A stretch of DNA of 64,000 bases, from the NCBI GenBank assembly GCA_965223795.1, contig CBDCXL010000002.1:2080001-2144000 (forward strand). Reading direction: 5' to 3'. The position numbers and the translations under genes were made by a program. Under the pieces are notes generated by a model. That model ran no database searches. It was not told the DNA's origin and saw only the letters and a list, made by a program, of their open reading frames with translations. Of the stretch, positions 42,326 through 50,860 are shown piece after piece; the stretch's first letter is position 1, and every line of letters starts with the position of its first letter. The stretch comes from Nitrospinales bacterium. GTDB lineage: Bacteria > Nitrospinota > Nitrospinia > Nitrospinales > VA-1.

Positions 42326-44836
42326 TTATAACAGATTCACCGGGTCCACGTCGATGGATAATTTGGTTCCTCGCGTCAGCAGGGGTTTGAGTTCCGTCTG
42401 CGCGGGAATCCGGGTCAGCACATCCATCAGGCCGCGCGCGCTGGCGGCGCGCAGCAGGATGTGCCAGCGGAATTTGTTCTTGATGCGGTACAGCGCCGCC
42501 CTGGAAGGCCCCAGCACCTCGACGCCGCTTTTTTGCGGCGCGCTGCGAAGCAGATGGGTCTTGAGCCTGCCTGCCAGCTTCTCCCCGTCCGGCTCACGGC
42601 CGCTTTCGATCTCCAGCGCGGCCATGCGTGTGAACGGCGGGTAGTTCAGTTTTTTTCTCAGTTCCAGCTCACTGGTGTAAAACCCGGCGGGATCGTGGTT
42701 GCGCACGAATTCGAACACATAATGTCCGGGGTTGTGGGTCTGCACGATCACCTGCCCCGGTACACTGCCGCGTCCGGCACGCCCGGACACTTGGGTCAAC
42801 AGCTGGAAGGAGCGCTCTGAGGAGCGAAAATCGGGAATGTTGAGGGAGAGGTCGGCGTGCACGACGCCGACGAGGGTCACGTTGGGAAAATCGTGGCCTT
42901 TGGTGATCATCTGCGTGCCGATCAGGATGTCGATCTCGCCGCTGTTCATCCTGGCGTGCATGGATTCGAAATCGGCGCGCCCGCGGGCGGTGTCGCGGTC
43001 GATGCGGACAATGCGGGCCTGCGGAAACAGGCGGCAGGTTTCCTCTTCCAGCTTTTGTGTGCCGAATCCACTGAAGCGCAGAAGTTCCCCTTTGCAGTCC
43101 GGACAGGCGGCGGGCACTCGGGCGGTCCAGTTGCAGTAATGGCAGCGCATGCGCAGTTCGCTGCCGTGGAACGTCAGGGTCACGCTGCATTGCGGGCACT
43201 CGAACACGAAACCGCATTCTTTGCAGAAGACGTAATTGGCGGTGCCGCGGCGGTTCAAAAACAGAAACACCTGTTCGCCGCGTTCCAGCCTGTGGCCCAT
43301 GGCGGCGCGCAGTTCACAGGAAAGGATGGAAAAGTTTTTGCGCTCGTCTTTCTCCTTTTTCATGTCGACGACGCGCACCAGCGGCAGCAGGCGGTCGCCG
43401 ACGCGCTTGTTAAGCGACAGCAGCCGGTATTTGCCGTTGTCCACGTTTCCCAGCGATTCCAGAGACGGCGTCGCCGAGCCCAGGATCACCACCGCACCGG
43501 CGGCGCGCGCGCGCACGATGGCGGTGTCGCGCGCGTGGTAGCGGGGTGTCGAGTCCTGTTTGTAGGAGGCGTCGTGCTCCTCGTCGATGACGATGACGCC
43601 GAGGTTTTTGAACGGCGCAAACACCGCGCTGCGCGCGCCGACGACGATGGCGACGCGGCCGTCGTGGATTTTTTTCCATTCCTGGTAGCGTTCGCGCTGC
43701 GACAGGCCGCTGTGCAGGATCGCCACGTTTTCCCCGAACCGGCTTAAAAAACGCGACACGGTCTGCGGCGTCAGGGAAATCTCGGGGACCATCATGATGG
43801 CGGTTTTGCCGCGTTTGAGGGCGGCTTCGATGCAGCGGATGTAGATTTCGGTCTTGCCGCTGCCGGTTATGCCGTGCAGGAGATAGGCGCAGAAACGCGC
43901 GTCCTCGATCGCCTGGTTGAGTTCGTCGTAGACACGCTGCTGATCGGAATTGAAGCGGATCGGCGCCTCCTGCGCCGGAACGGACGCGATCGGGCTTACT
44001 CCTGCTTCGCGCGGACGTTTTACGACGGAGACCTCCACCAGTTCCTTATCCTTGAGCTTGCCCAGCAGGTTCGAGGTCGTGGGCAGCTTCGCCGACAATT
44101 CCTTGAGTGAGTGCGCTCCGTTTTTCAGCAACTGGTAGAGTTCTTTCTGTTTGGGGCTTCGCTTGAACAGGGTTTCGATTTCCTCCGCCGTCAGCACGGG
44201 CGGCTTGAGGCGCGCCTGCTTTTCATACTGATAGGGCACCGTGCTTTTCCGGATGCGGGACGTGGCGGTCAACAGCCCCTCCTGTTTGAGCCGCGTCATG
44301 GCGTGCGGACTGAACCGGTTTTGCAGCAGCCGCTTGAGCTGGCCCGCGGTCATGCTCTTGCGCTTGCGCACGGATTCCAGGATCCAGAATTGGGCGTCCC
44401 TGAGCTGTTCGTTCTCCAGCGCCAGCGCGCCCTTGTCGCTCAAGGTCAGCAGCTCCTGGCTTTCCTCCTCCATCCCCGCCGGCAGCGTGGCCTTGATCGC
44501 CTCGCCCCAGGAGGACTGGTAGTACTCCGCGAGCCAGCGGGTGAGCGTGAGGATTTCACCGCTCAGAACCGGGGCGCTGTCGAGCACCTCCTCGATGTCC
44601 TTGAGAGTGAGAGAGGGGTCGGGCTCGTCGGTGAAGGCGACGACATAGCCCGTGAGCCTGCGCTTGCCGAAGGGGACGAGAACGCGCATGCCCACCTGAA
44701 CGCTTACCTCAAGGTGACCGGGAACGGAATAGGTAAAGGGTTCCTTGACAGGGAGGTTCATCGCCACCTGCGCGTAGCGGTTCCCGGCGGGGTGCGGACC
44801 GGCAATGGATTGGGGGGCGGCGGCGGGAGAGGTCAT
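42326..44836 (-). CDS. priA: Primosomal protein N' (replication restart helicase)
   Basis: GITGSGKTE, DEEHD, SATPS, four CxxC zinc motifs and QVSGRAGR. Confidence 0.97.
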   Translation of the reverse strand: MTSPAAAPQSIAGPHPAGNRYAQVAMNLPVKEPFTYSVPGHLEVSVQVGMRVLVPFGKRRLTGYVVAFTDEPDPSLTLKDIEEVLDSAPVLSGEILTLTRWLAEYYQSSWGEAIKATLPAGMEEESQELLTLSDKGALALENEQLRDAQFWILESVRKRKSMTAGQLKRLLQNRFSPHAMTRLKQEGLLTATSRIRKSTVPYQYEKQARLKPPVLTAEEIETLFKRSPKQKELYQLLKNGAHSLKELSAKLPTTSNLLGKLKDKELVEVSVVKRPREAGVSPIASVPAQEAPIRFNSDQQRVYDELNQAIEDARFCAYLLHGITGSGKTEIYIRCIEAALKRGKTAIMMVPEISLTPQTVSRFLSRFGENVAILHSGLSQRERYQEWKKIHDGRVAIVVGARSAVFAPFKNLGVIVIDEEHDASYKQDSTPRYHARDTAIVRARAAGAVVILGSATPSLESLGNVDNGKYRLLSLNKRVGDRLLPLVRVVDMKKEKDERKNFSILSCELRAAMGHRLERGEQVFLFLNRRGTANYVFCKECGFVFECPQCSVTLTFHGSELRMRCHYCNWTARVPAACPDCKGELLRFSGFGTQKLEEETCRLFPQARIVRIDRDTARGRADFESMHARMNSGEIDILIGTQMITKGHDFPNVTLVGVVHADLSLNIPDFRSSERSFQLLTQVSGRAGRGSVPGQVIVQTHNPGHYVFEFVRNHDPAGFYTSELELRKKLNYPPFTRMAALEIESGREPDGEKLAGRLKTHLLRSAPQKSGVEVLGPSRAALYRIKNKFRWHILLRAASARGLMDVLTRIPAQTELKPLLTRGTKLSIDVDPVNLL

Positions 44837-44925
44837 GGAAATCGTCGTGCGTTCATTGCCGCAATTTTACCAGAGTGAGTGGATTTTTAAAAACAGCCGC
44901 CTTGCCGAAGCCGGGACAAAAGGCA

Positions 44926-44954
44926 TTGACTCATTTTCCGTATTCCACTAAGCT
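44926..44954 (+). promoter_or_regulatory. Sigma70-like promoter
   Basis: TTGACT-N17-TAAGCT upstream of the 45027 gene. Confidence 0.5.
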
Positions 44955-45026
44955 TTTTTGCTCTCAACCTGTTAAAGCCATGAACGAAGGGTTCCCGGAC
45001 GGGAGCCGAATTTGAGGAGGCGCGGT

Positions 45027-45245
45027 ATGAAAGTCGGTGACACGGTTAAAATCGATTTTGCGGGAAAGAAAAAAGACGGTGTGGTGTTCAGGCTGTTTCC
45101 CAATTCGGTTCACTTGAAGGTGGATTTTGAAAACGACAAGGGAAAGATCGTCAAACGCAAACTGAACGCCATCGGCAAGGGAAAAGCCGCCAAAAAGACC
45201 GAAAAGAAAGCCAAGAAAAAAGAGCCCGCCAAATCCGGCAAGTGA
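45027..45245 (+). CDS. Small KOW/SH3-like basic protein with a Lys-rich tail
   Basis: MKVGDTVKI...G.V pattern; GAGGAGG ribosome-binding site; tail AAKKTEKKAKKK. Confidence 0.75.
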   Translation: MKVGDTVKIDFAGKKKDGVVFRLFPNSVHLKVDFENDKGKIVKRKLNAIGKGKAAKKTEKKAKKKEPAKSGK

Positions 45246-45284
45246 GCTTTAAGCCTCAGGCGGGGCGCGGGCGCGCCGCCCGGA

Positions 45285-46295
45285 TCAGAAATAGGTTTTC
45301 AGGTCCGCTTTTTTCTTCAGATTTTTTACGTAATTGCGGGTGGCCTGCACGGTTTTTTTATCGGTCAGGCTTTTGCGTATTTTTTCCTTCTGGGATTCAA
45401 AAGAACGCGTTTCCCCCTGTTTGCGGTCCGTGACCTTGAGAATGTGCAGGCCGTGCTTGGTCTGAAAGATTTCGCTCACCTCACCCACCTTCAGCGCAAA
45501 TGCCCGTTTGCTGAACGCCGGCAGCATCTGCTTTTTGGCGAAATATCCCAGATCCCCTCCCTTTGATGCGAGCGAGTCCTGGGAGAATTTCCGCGCCATC
45601 GCCGCGAAATCCGTCCCCGATTCGATGCGCTGCTTGATCGACTCCAGCTGTTTCCGGGCTTCGTGCTCCTTGGCCGCGGGGCTGTTGGCCGGGACTTTGA
45701 TCAGGATCACGCTGGCCCGCACTTTGTCCGGGACGCGGAATTTTTCCGGATTGTTGTCGTAGTAGGCTTTGATTTCCTTTTCCGGAACCTGAATTTTGGC
45801 GGCGATCTCTTTTTGGATGACTTCATTCATGACCAGGTCTTCACGCAGCTCCTGCTTGTACTGATCCATGGTCATGCCGCTGTCCGCCAGGGTGTGTTCG
45901 AACACCGCATCGGATTTGAACGACGCTTTGATGGTCTTGAGTTCTTTATCGAGCGCATCGGGAGTGACGGCGATGCCCAGCTCCTTGCCTTTCTGCACCA
46001 GGAGCGTCCGGCTGATGGCGTCGTCGATGGCTTTTTTGGCGGCGGTTTTCACCTGATCGGGAGTCAGTTTCATGCCGCGGTCGCTGTAGGAATCGATGGT
46101 GCGCTGCAAATCCCTCAGGATGACGTCTTTGGTGATGTCGGTTCCGTTGACTTTCGCGGTGACGTCCGGCAGCGAGATGGGCGGTTTTTCGTGTTTGTGC
46201 CCCGAATGGGCATGGAGTTGGGAAACGGCCGCGGCCAACAGGCAGCCGGCGGCAAAAATTGCGGTGACTGTGTTTACAGCAACGTGCCGGATCAT
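45285..46295 (-). CDS. SurA/PrsA-like periplasmic peptidyl-prolyl isomerase
   Basis: Signal peptide, AKVNG..IT, and a parvulin domain (FAAMARKFSQD, GGDLG, G.HI). Confidence 0.9.
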   Translation of the reverse strand: MIRHVAVNTVTAIFAAGCLLAAAVSQLHAHSGHKHEKPPISLPDVTAKVNGTDITKDVILRDLQRTIDSYSDRGMKLTPDQVKTAAKKAIDDAISRTLLVQKGKELGIAVTPDALDKELKTIKASFKSDAVFEHTLADSGMTMDQYKQELREDLVMNEVIQKEIAAKIQVPEKEIKAYYDNNPEKFRVPDKVRASVILIKVPANSPAAKEHEARKQLESIKQRIESGTDFAAMARKFSQDSLASKGGDLGYFAKKQMLPAFSKRAFALKVGEVSEIFQTKHGLHILKVTDRKQGETRSFESQKEKIRKSLTDKKTVQATRNYVKNLKKKADLKTYF

Positions 46296-46456
46296 GGGAT
46301 TTCTCTCCTGAAAAATGAAGGCTTGGGCCTGCGAAATGTCGGGTTTACAGGAATCAGGCTAATCATTCACGGGGGGGATGTCAACCGATTTTGTGGCGCG
46401 GGAGAGGGGCGTGCGGGTGCGGGTACCCGCCGGTTCCTGAGGGGAAACAGGGGGCG

Positions 46457-47257
46457 TTACGGGATCGGACGCACGGTGCGGAATCCGTAAATTTCCTTTT
46501 TCGCATCCGGCCGGTTGCGGGCGCGGTGCACCAGTTGGACGCCGTCCAGGTCATTGATCCAGGAGCCGCCGCGCAGCACCTTCATGGTGCGCGGTCCTTC
46601 CGGGCCCTCGGGATTGATTTCCGGGCTTTCACGGTAATAGCCGGCATCGTACCAGTCGAGGCACCACTCCCAGACATTGCCCGAGGTGTTGTACAGTCCG
46701 AACGGGCTGATTCCCGACTGGTAATAATCGACCGGGGCGGTGAAGGGATAGTTGTCTTCCCCGCCGTACACGTTGACGAAATAGAAGTGCGTCCCCTGTT
46801 CCCATTTGTCGCCCCACGGCCACAGCCGGCCGTCGCTTCCGCGCGCGGCTTTTTCCCATTCCGCTTCGGTGGGCAGCCGCCCGCCTTTCCACTTGGCGTA
46901 GGCCATGGCGTCGTGCCAGGTGATGCCGACGACGGGGAATTCCGGCTTGTTGAAATTTTCATCGTCCCAGTAAGGCGGTTTGGCGTGGCCGGTGGCGTCG
47001 ATGAACTTTTTGTACTCGGCGTTGCTCACTTCGTATTTGTCGATGAAATAGGCGGGGGTGTAGACAAAGTGCATGGGCTTTTCATCGTCCCTGCCCGACG
47101 CGGTTCCCATCTGAAAATATCCTTCGGGAATGTACACCATGCCGGGCGGCGGTTCCGTTTCCGCTTCTGCCTGGTTACAGAAAAAAAACGCCGGGAAAAA
47201 ACAGACGAGAAACAAAGAGAAAATCCGGATCAAGGAAAGGCGGGGAAATACGGTCAT
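46457..47257 (-). CDS. Secreted FGE-sulfatase/SUMF1 family protein
   Basis: FQMG, EVSN, RLPTEAEWEKAARG, GNVWEW, RGGSW and GFR motifs. Confidence 0.92.
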   Translation of the reverse strand: MTVFPRLSLIRIFSLFLVCFFPAFFFCNQAEAETEPPPGMVYIPEGYFQMGTASGRDDEKPMHFVYTPAYFIDKYEVSNAEYKKFIDATGHAKPPYWDDENFNKPEFPVVGITWHDAMAYAKWKGGRLPTEAEWEKAARGSDGRLWPWGDKWEQGTHFYFVNVYGGEDNYPFTAPVDYYQSGISPFGLYNTSGNVWEWCLDWYDAGYYRESPEINPEGPEGPRTMKVLRGGSWINDLDGVQLVHRARNRPDAKKEIYGFRTVRPIP

Positions 47258-47490
47258 TTGACCGTGAAAAAACCGATGTGGGTGACGAGATCTTCGCGGG
47301 TTTCGACGGGGAGGTCTTCTTCAAGATTTTCGATGTCGATCCATTTGTAATGGCCGTTCCAGCAATTCAGCGTGACCACCGTGTTGCCGTACCAGTCCAT
47401 CGTGCGATTCAGGAAAATCGGAGCCTGGCAGCGCTGGCAGTAGCCTCGTATCGACAGTGTCGACGGGCACTCTTTGTTTGCGTTTCCCAT
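47254..47490 (-). CDS. Small Cys/His zinc-ribbon-like protein (78 aa)
   Basis: CQRC...CWNGH; ATGA overlap with the downstream FGE gene. Confidence 0.65.
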   Translation of the reverse strand: MGNANKECPSTLSIRGYCQRCQAPIFLNRTMDWYGNTVVTLNCWNGHYKWIDIENLEEDLPVETREDLVTHIGFFTVK

Positions 47491-47722
47491 CGGTTGAAAC
47501 CATCACGATTTAAAAAGCATTAAAAAGCAAAACCGTATTAAGAAATTGTAGGCTCAAAAATCGCCGCAGGGCAAGATATATTTGCGTTTCACGCCATTTT
47601 GAATTTTTTGCACATCCTAAAATGTCAAGTTTTTTTGTTGCGAAGGGGCTTAAAAACCGCTCAGGGAGCGGTCTTCCGCCCGGCGATGCGTCCGGGAAAA
47701 GGAGAAAAAGGACGGGAAGCGC

Positions 47723-48298
47723 TCAGCCAAGATCCACGCCGGCCGCATGCAGCAGCGCTTTCACGGTGTCGATGGGGAAACCCACGATGTTGGAGTAAGA
47801 GCCCTCGTAGGACTCCACGAAGGCGGCGGCCCGGCCCTGGATGGCGTAGGCCCCGGCCTTGTCCATCGGTTCTCCGGTGGCGATGTAGCGGCTGATTTCC
47901 GCATCGTTCAGCGGCCGGATGTGCACGGTCGATACGGAGGTGTCTTCATACACTGAGCCGTGAACCACCACCACGCCGGTGATGACCTGATGCCGCCTGC
48001 CGCTGAGCATTTTCAGAATGCGGCTGGCGTCCCCGGTATCTTTGGGTTTTCCAATGATTTTATCCTCCAGCACAACGAGGGTGTCCGCTCCCAGTACCGG
48101 ATGACCGGGGTGGCTGCGGGCCACGTCCGTGGCTTTTTCCCGCGCCAGGGCCAGGGCGTTTTCGCGCGGGGTGAGGCCGTCCTGAAGCGTTTCTGCCACC
48201 GTCGAGGGAACGACCTTGAAATTCGGTGTGAGCTTTCGGATGGCCTCGATCCGCCGCGGCGAGCGTGAAGCCAGGATGAGGGGGTTGGATGCAGGCAT
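47723..48298 (-). CDS. maf: Maf family nucleoside triphosphate pyrophosphatase
   Basis: LILASRSPRR, GADT, GKP and DKAGAYAIQG motifs. Confidence 0.95.
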   Translation of the reverse strand: MPASNPLILASRSPRRIEAIRKLTPNFKVVPSTVAETLQDGLTPRENALALAREKATDVARSHPGHPVLGADTLVVLEDKIIGKPKDTGDASRILKMLSGRRHQVITGVVVVHGSVYEDTSVSTVHIRPLNDAEISRYIATGEPMDKAGAYAIQGRAAAFVESYEGSYSNIVGFPIDTVKALLHAAGVDLG

Positions 48299-48476
48299 GA
48301 CAGCGGTATTTTGATGGGACCGGAAGCCCGAATTTCGGTTTCCGGATGCGCGTTTCCAAATAGTATTTTTTTTTTGACTGCTTTATTATAGACGCAATCC
48401 AAACCAAACCACGGGTTTGAATGTTATTTCCCCGCTCTGGCACATCGTCCCGTGGTTGCCCGTAAAGAGGAAAGAC

Positions 48477-48869
48477 ATGGCAGGCGCTTCGTATCAAATC
48501 CAGGTGCGGCACATCCTGGTCGAAAAAGAGGAAGTCGCGGAACTTCTGAAAGAGACCATCAATTCGGTCAAATCCGGAACCGGGCGGGTGAAAATGCTGA
48601 TGAACCTCGCGGAAAAGTACAGCCAGTGCGCCACCAAATCCGACGGCGGCAATCTCGGCTGGCTGGAACTGGGATGGAACGCGGAAGACCCGAGAAAACC
48701 CCGCGGCGGGTTCAAGAAACTGCAAAACGAGGAACTCTACGACTGCATCTGCGAAGGGCTGGAAAAAAGAACGCTGGACAGCAAGACCGCGTTTGGTCCT
48801 GTCAAAACCCGCGAGGGTTACCACCTGGTGATGGTGGCGAACGAATTTCACACCGATCGGATTCTTTGA
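48477..48869 (+). CDS. Single-domain parvulin-type PPIase
   Basis: RHILV, YSQC, GGNLGW and GPVKT..GYHL motifs. Confidence 0.88.
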   Translation: MAGASYQIQVRHILVEKEEVAELLKETINSVKSGTGRVKMLMNLAEKYSQCATKSDGGNLGWLELGWNAEDPRKPRGGFKKLQNEELYDCICEGLEKRTLDSKTAFGPVKTREGYHLVMVANEFHTDRIL

Positions 48870-48980
48870 CCTCAGCCGTTCGCCCCGGTTTTCGGCAATC
48901 ATTCTTCCTGGCAATCCATACGGACCGTAAGCTTTGCCGTCGCGGCCTGGCTGTCGAGAACGCGTGGGGTTGTTGCGGGA

Positions 48981-50090
48981 TCAAACAGCCGGGGTGGCGA
49001 GGGGCGTTTCTTTTTTTTCCGCGTCGACGAAGTTGTAGGCGAAGCAGCCGCTGGAGCAGCGCACCATGTAATGCGGGCAGGAAGCGCAGGGTTCTTTCAC
49101 CTTGGTTTCTTCAAACACTCTGTTCAGGAACCGGGAGCCCATTTTGGCCATGGCGATGGAATTGACTTCCTTGAATTCGTCGATGTTGCCGAGCTTGAGG
49201 TTGTGGAACGGGAAGCAGTTGAAGCAGTCGCCCTTGCTGTCGATGTCCATCGGGCTGCCGTCGGCGCAGCCGAAATACAGATCCTGGGTTTTCCATTCCA
49301 TCAGGTCCGGCACCTGTTTGTTGCCGTGGAAGTAGATGCGCTCGGTGAGCGTGTACTCGTCTTCTTCGATCTCATCGAGAAAACAGGGCGGAAACGAACA
49401 GTCGAAGCGGAAACACATCTGCGGGAACCGCTTCAGAATGCCCAGCATCTTGCGGCCCATTCGGGGGAAATCGCGGATCGGCAGGTAGTCGTTCTTCACG
49501 TCGCCGATGATGGGAAACGCGGGGCTCACGCGGATCTTGTAGAGCTGGTCCTTGGGCAGGCCCACCTCCTGGTAGATGGCGTCGATCTCGCTGCACTGGG
49601 TCATCAGGTCCTGGTGCTTCGAGTACAGGTTGATGCTGAAGGTGATGCTGTAGCCGTTGATGCGCAAAAGTTCCCGCGCCACTTCGCCGCAGCGGGCGTG
49701 ATTTTTTTCGGAGATGTTTTCCATCGTCTGCCAGTTGAGCAGGATGGCGAAATACACGTTGCGTTTTATGGAACCGTTGACGCCGGCGGTGCGCTTGAAC
49801 AGGTCGAGGACTTTATCGGGCATGAGCCCGTTGGAAAACACGCTGAGGGCGGAATAGGGATTCACCGCCTCCAGGGTGCGGTTGAAAATTTCGTTGAACT
49901 CGGGATGCAGGGTGGGCTCGCCGCCCATGAAATTGATGATGGGCGTCTGGCGGATCTTCGGCAGCAGCGTGTCCGTGAAATAGTCGAATTCCATGGATTT
50001 CCCGGGGGTCCGCACGGTTTCTTCCATGTATTCGTCGGCAAAACAGTAATTGCACTTCAAATTGCAATAACTGTTCAAAATGATGTTCAT
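48981..50090 (-). CDS. Radical SAM protein with a SPASM/twitch-like C-terminal domain
   Basis: CNLKCNYC and GGEPTLHP; C-terminal GC...CFNC...CASC-x6-CSSGC; GGAGG ribosome-binding site before MNIIL. Confidence 0.9.
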   Translation of the reverse strand: MNIILNSYCNLKCNYCFADEYMEETVRTPGKSMEFDYFTDTLLPKIRQTPIINFMGGEPTLHPEFNEIFNRTLEAVNPYSALSVFSNGLMPDKVLDLFKRTAGVNGSIKRNVYFAILLNWQTMENISEKNHARCGEVARELLRINGYSITFSINLYSKHQDLMTQCSEIDAIYQEVGLPKDQLYKIRVSPAFPIIGDVKNDYLPIRDFPRMGRKMLGILKRFPQMCFRFDCSFPPCFLDEIEEDEYTLTERIYFHGNKQVPDLMEWKTQDLYFGCADGSPMDIDSKGDCFNCFPFHNLKLGNIDEFKEVNSIAMAKMGSRFLNRVFEETKVKEPCASCPHYMVRCSSGCFAYNFVDAEKKETPLATPAV

Positions 50091-50245
50091 GGCGCGCCTC
50101 CCGCAGGGTGAGAACCTGCTGCCCGGAATCTGGTAAACCCCCTGAAATTCAGCCTTTGAGGTGGATTTTGGGGTTGTTCCGACATTGTGTAGGAATATGC
50201 CCATCCATCATACCACCCGGGGAAGGGCCTGTGCGCGAATTCGCC

Positions 50246-50530
50246 CTAGGGCTCGAATTTTTTCCGGCGCCTGAGGATCTGGGAGGTGCCCGCGTGCGCC
50301 ACCATTTTCAGCTCGAAAGGATGGGTGCGGGAGATGTTGACGAGGCTCTGGATGGCCTTGTCCTTGGCGTCGGTTTCGTCCTCGCCTTCGCATTTCATTT
50401 CCCAGGCGTTGTCCACAGTGGGGATTTTCTCGATGCCGTGCTCTTCCATCCGGAGCAGGATGTCTTTTTTGTCTCCTTCCTGAATGTCGTGGAACTCCGC
50501 GACGATCAAAACATTGTAAACCTGGCTCAC
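50246..50530 (-). CDS. Small hypothetical protein (94 aa)
   Basis: GTG start after AAGGAGG; MSQVYNVLIVAEF... is the C-terminal part of a long spurious track ORF. Confidence 0.75.
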   Translation of the reverse strand: MSQVYNVLIVAEFHDIQEGDKKDILLRMEEHGIEKIPTVDNAWEMKCEGEDETDAKDKAIQSLVNISRTHPFELKMVAHAGTSQILRRRKKFEP

Positions 50531-50860
50531 GTTGAACCTCCTTCCGCTTTGCGTTGTCGATGACGGGAGCCGATAGTGTATACTAGGCGCGGCCAAAATC
50601 CCAGCCCACGCCGTCCCGCAGGGAGTGCTGCGGCGTGAACGGACCGGGATGCGGAGGCCGAAATCCGGGAATCCACCGGTCGTCCCCGCCACGGTCTGCC
50701 GCCGATGTTGCGGCGGACTCGCATGCAAACCCGCATCCGTTTTTTCCTGTTCTGAATCAAATCTATAGTTGAGCGGCGTTCCCGGCTTTTGCGTTTGTCC
50801 CGCATTTTTATTGCGGCGTCTGCATTGCCAACGGCAGGTCCTTTCCTTCCAGGGTGTGTC

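Noticed and set aside
50246..50530. 94-aa protein as a RiPP precursor for the radical SAM enzyme
   Set aside because: It looks like a folded globular protein rather than a leader-core peptide. No RRE, peptidase or transporter is adjacent.
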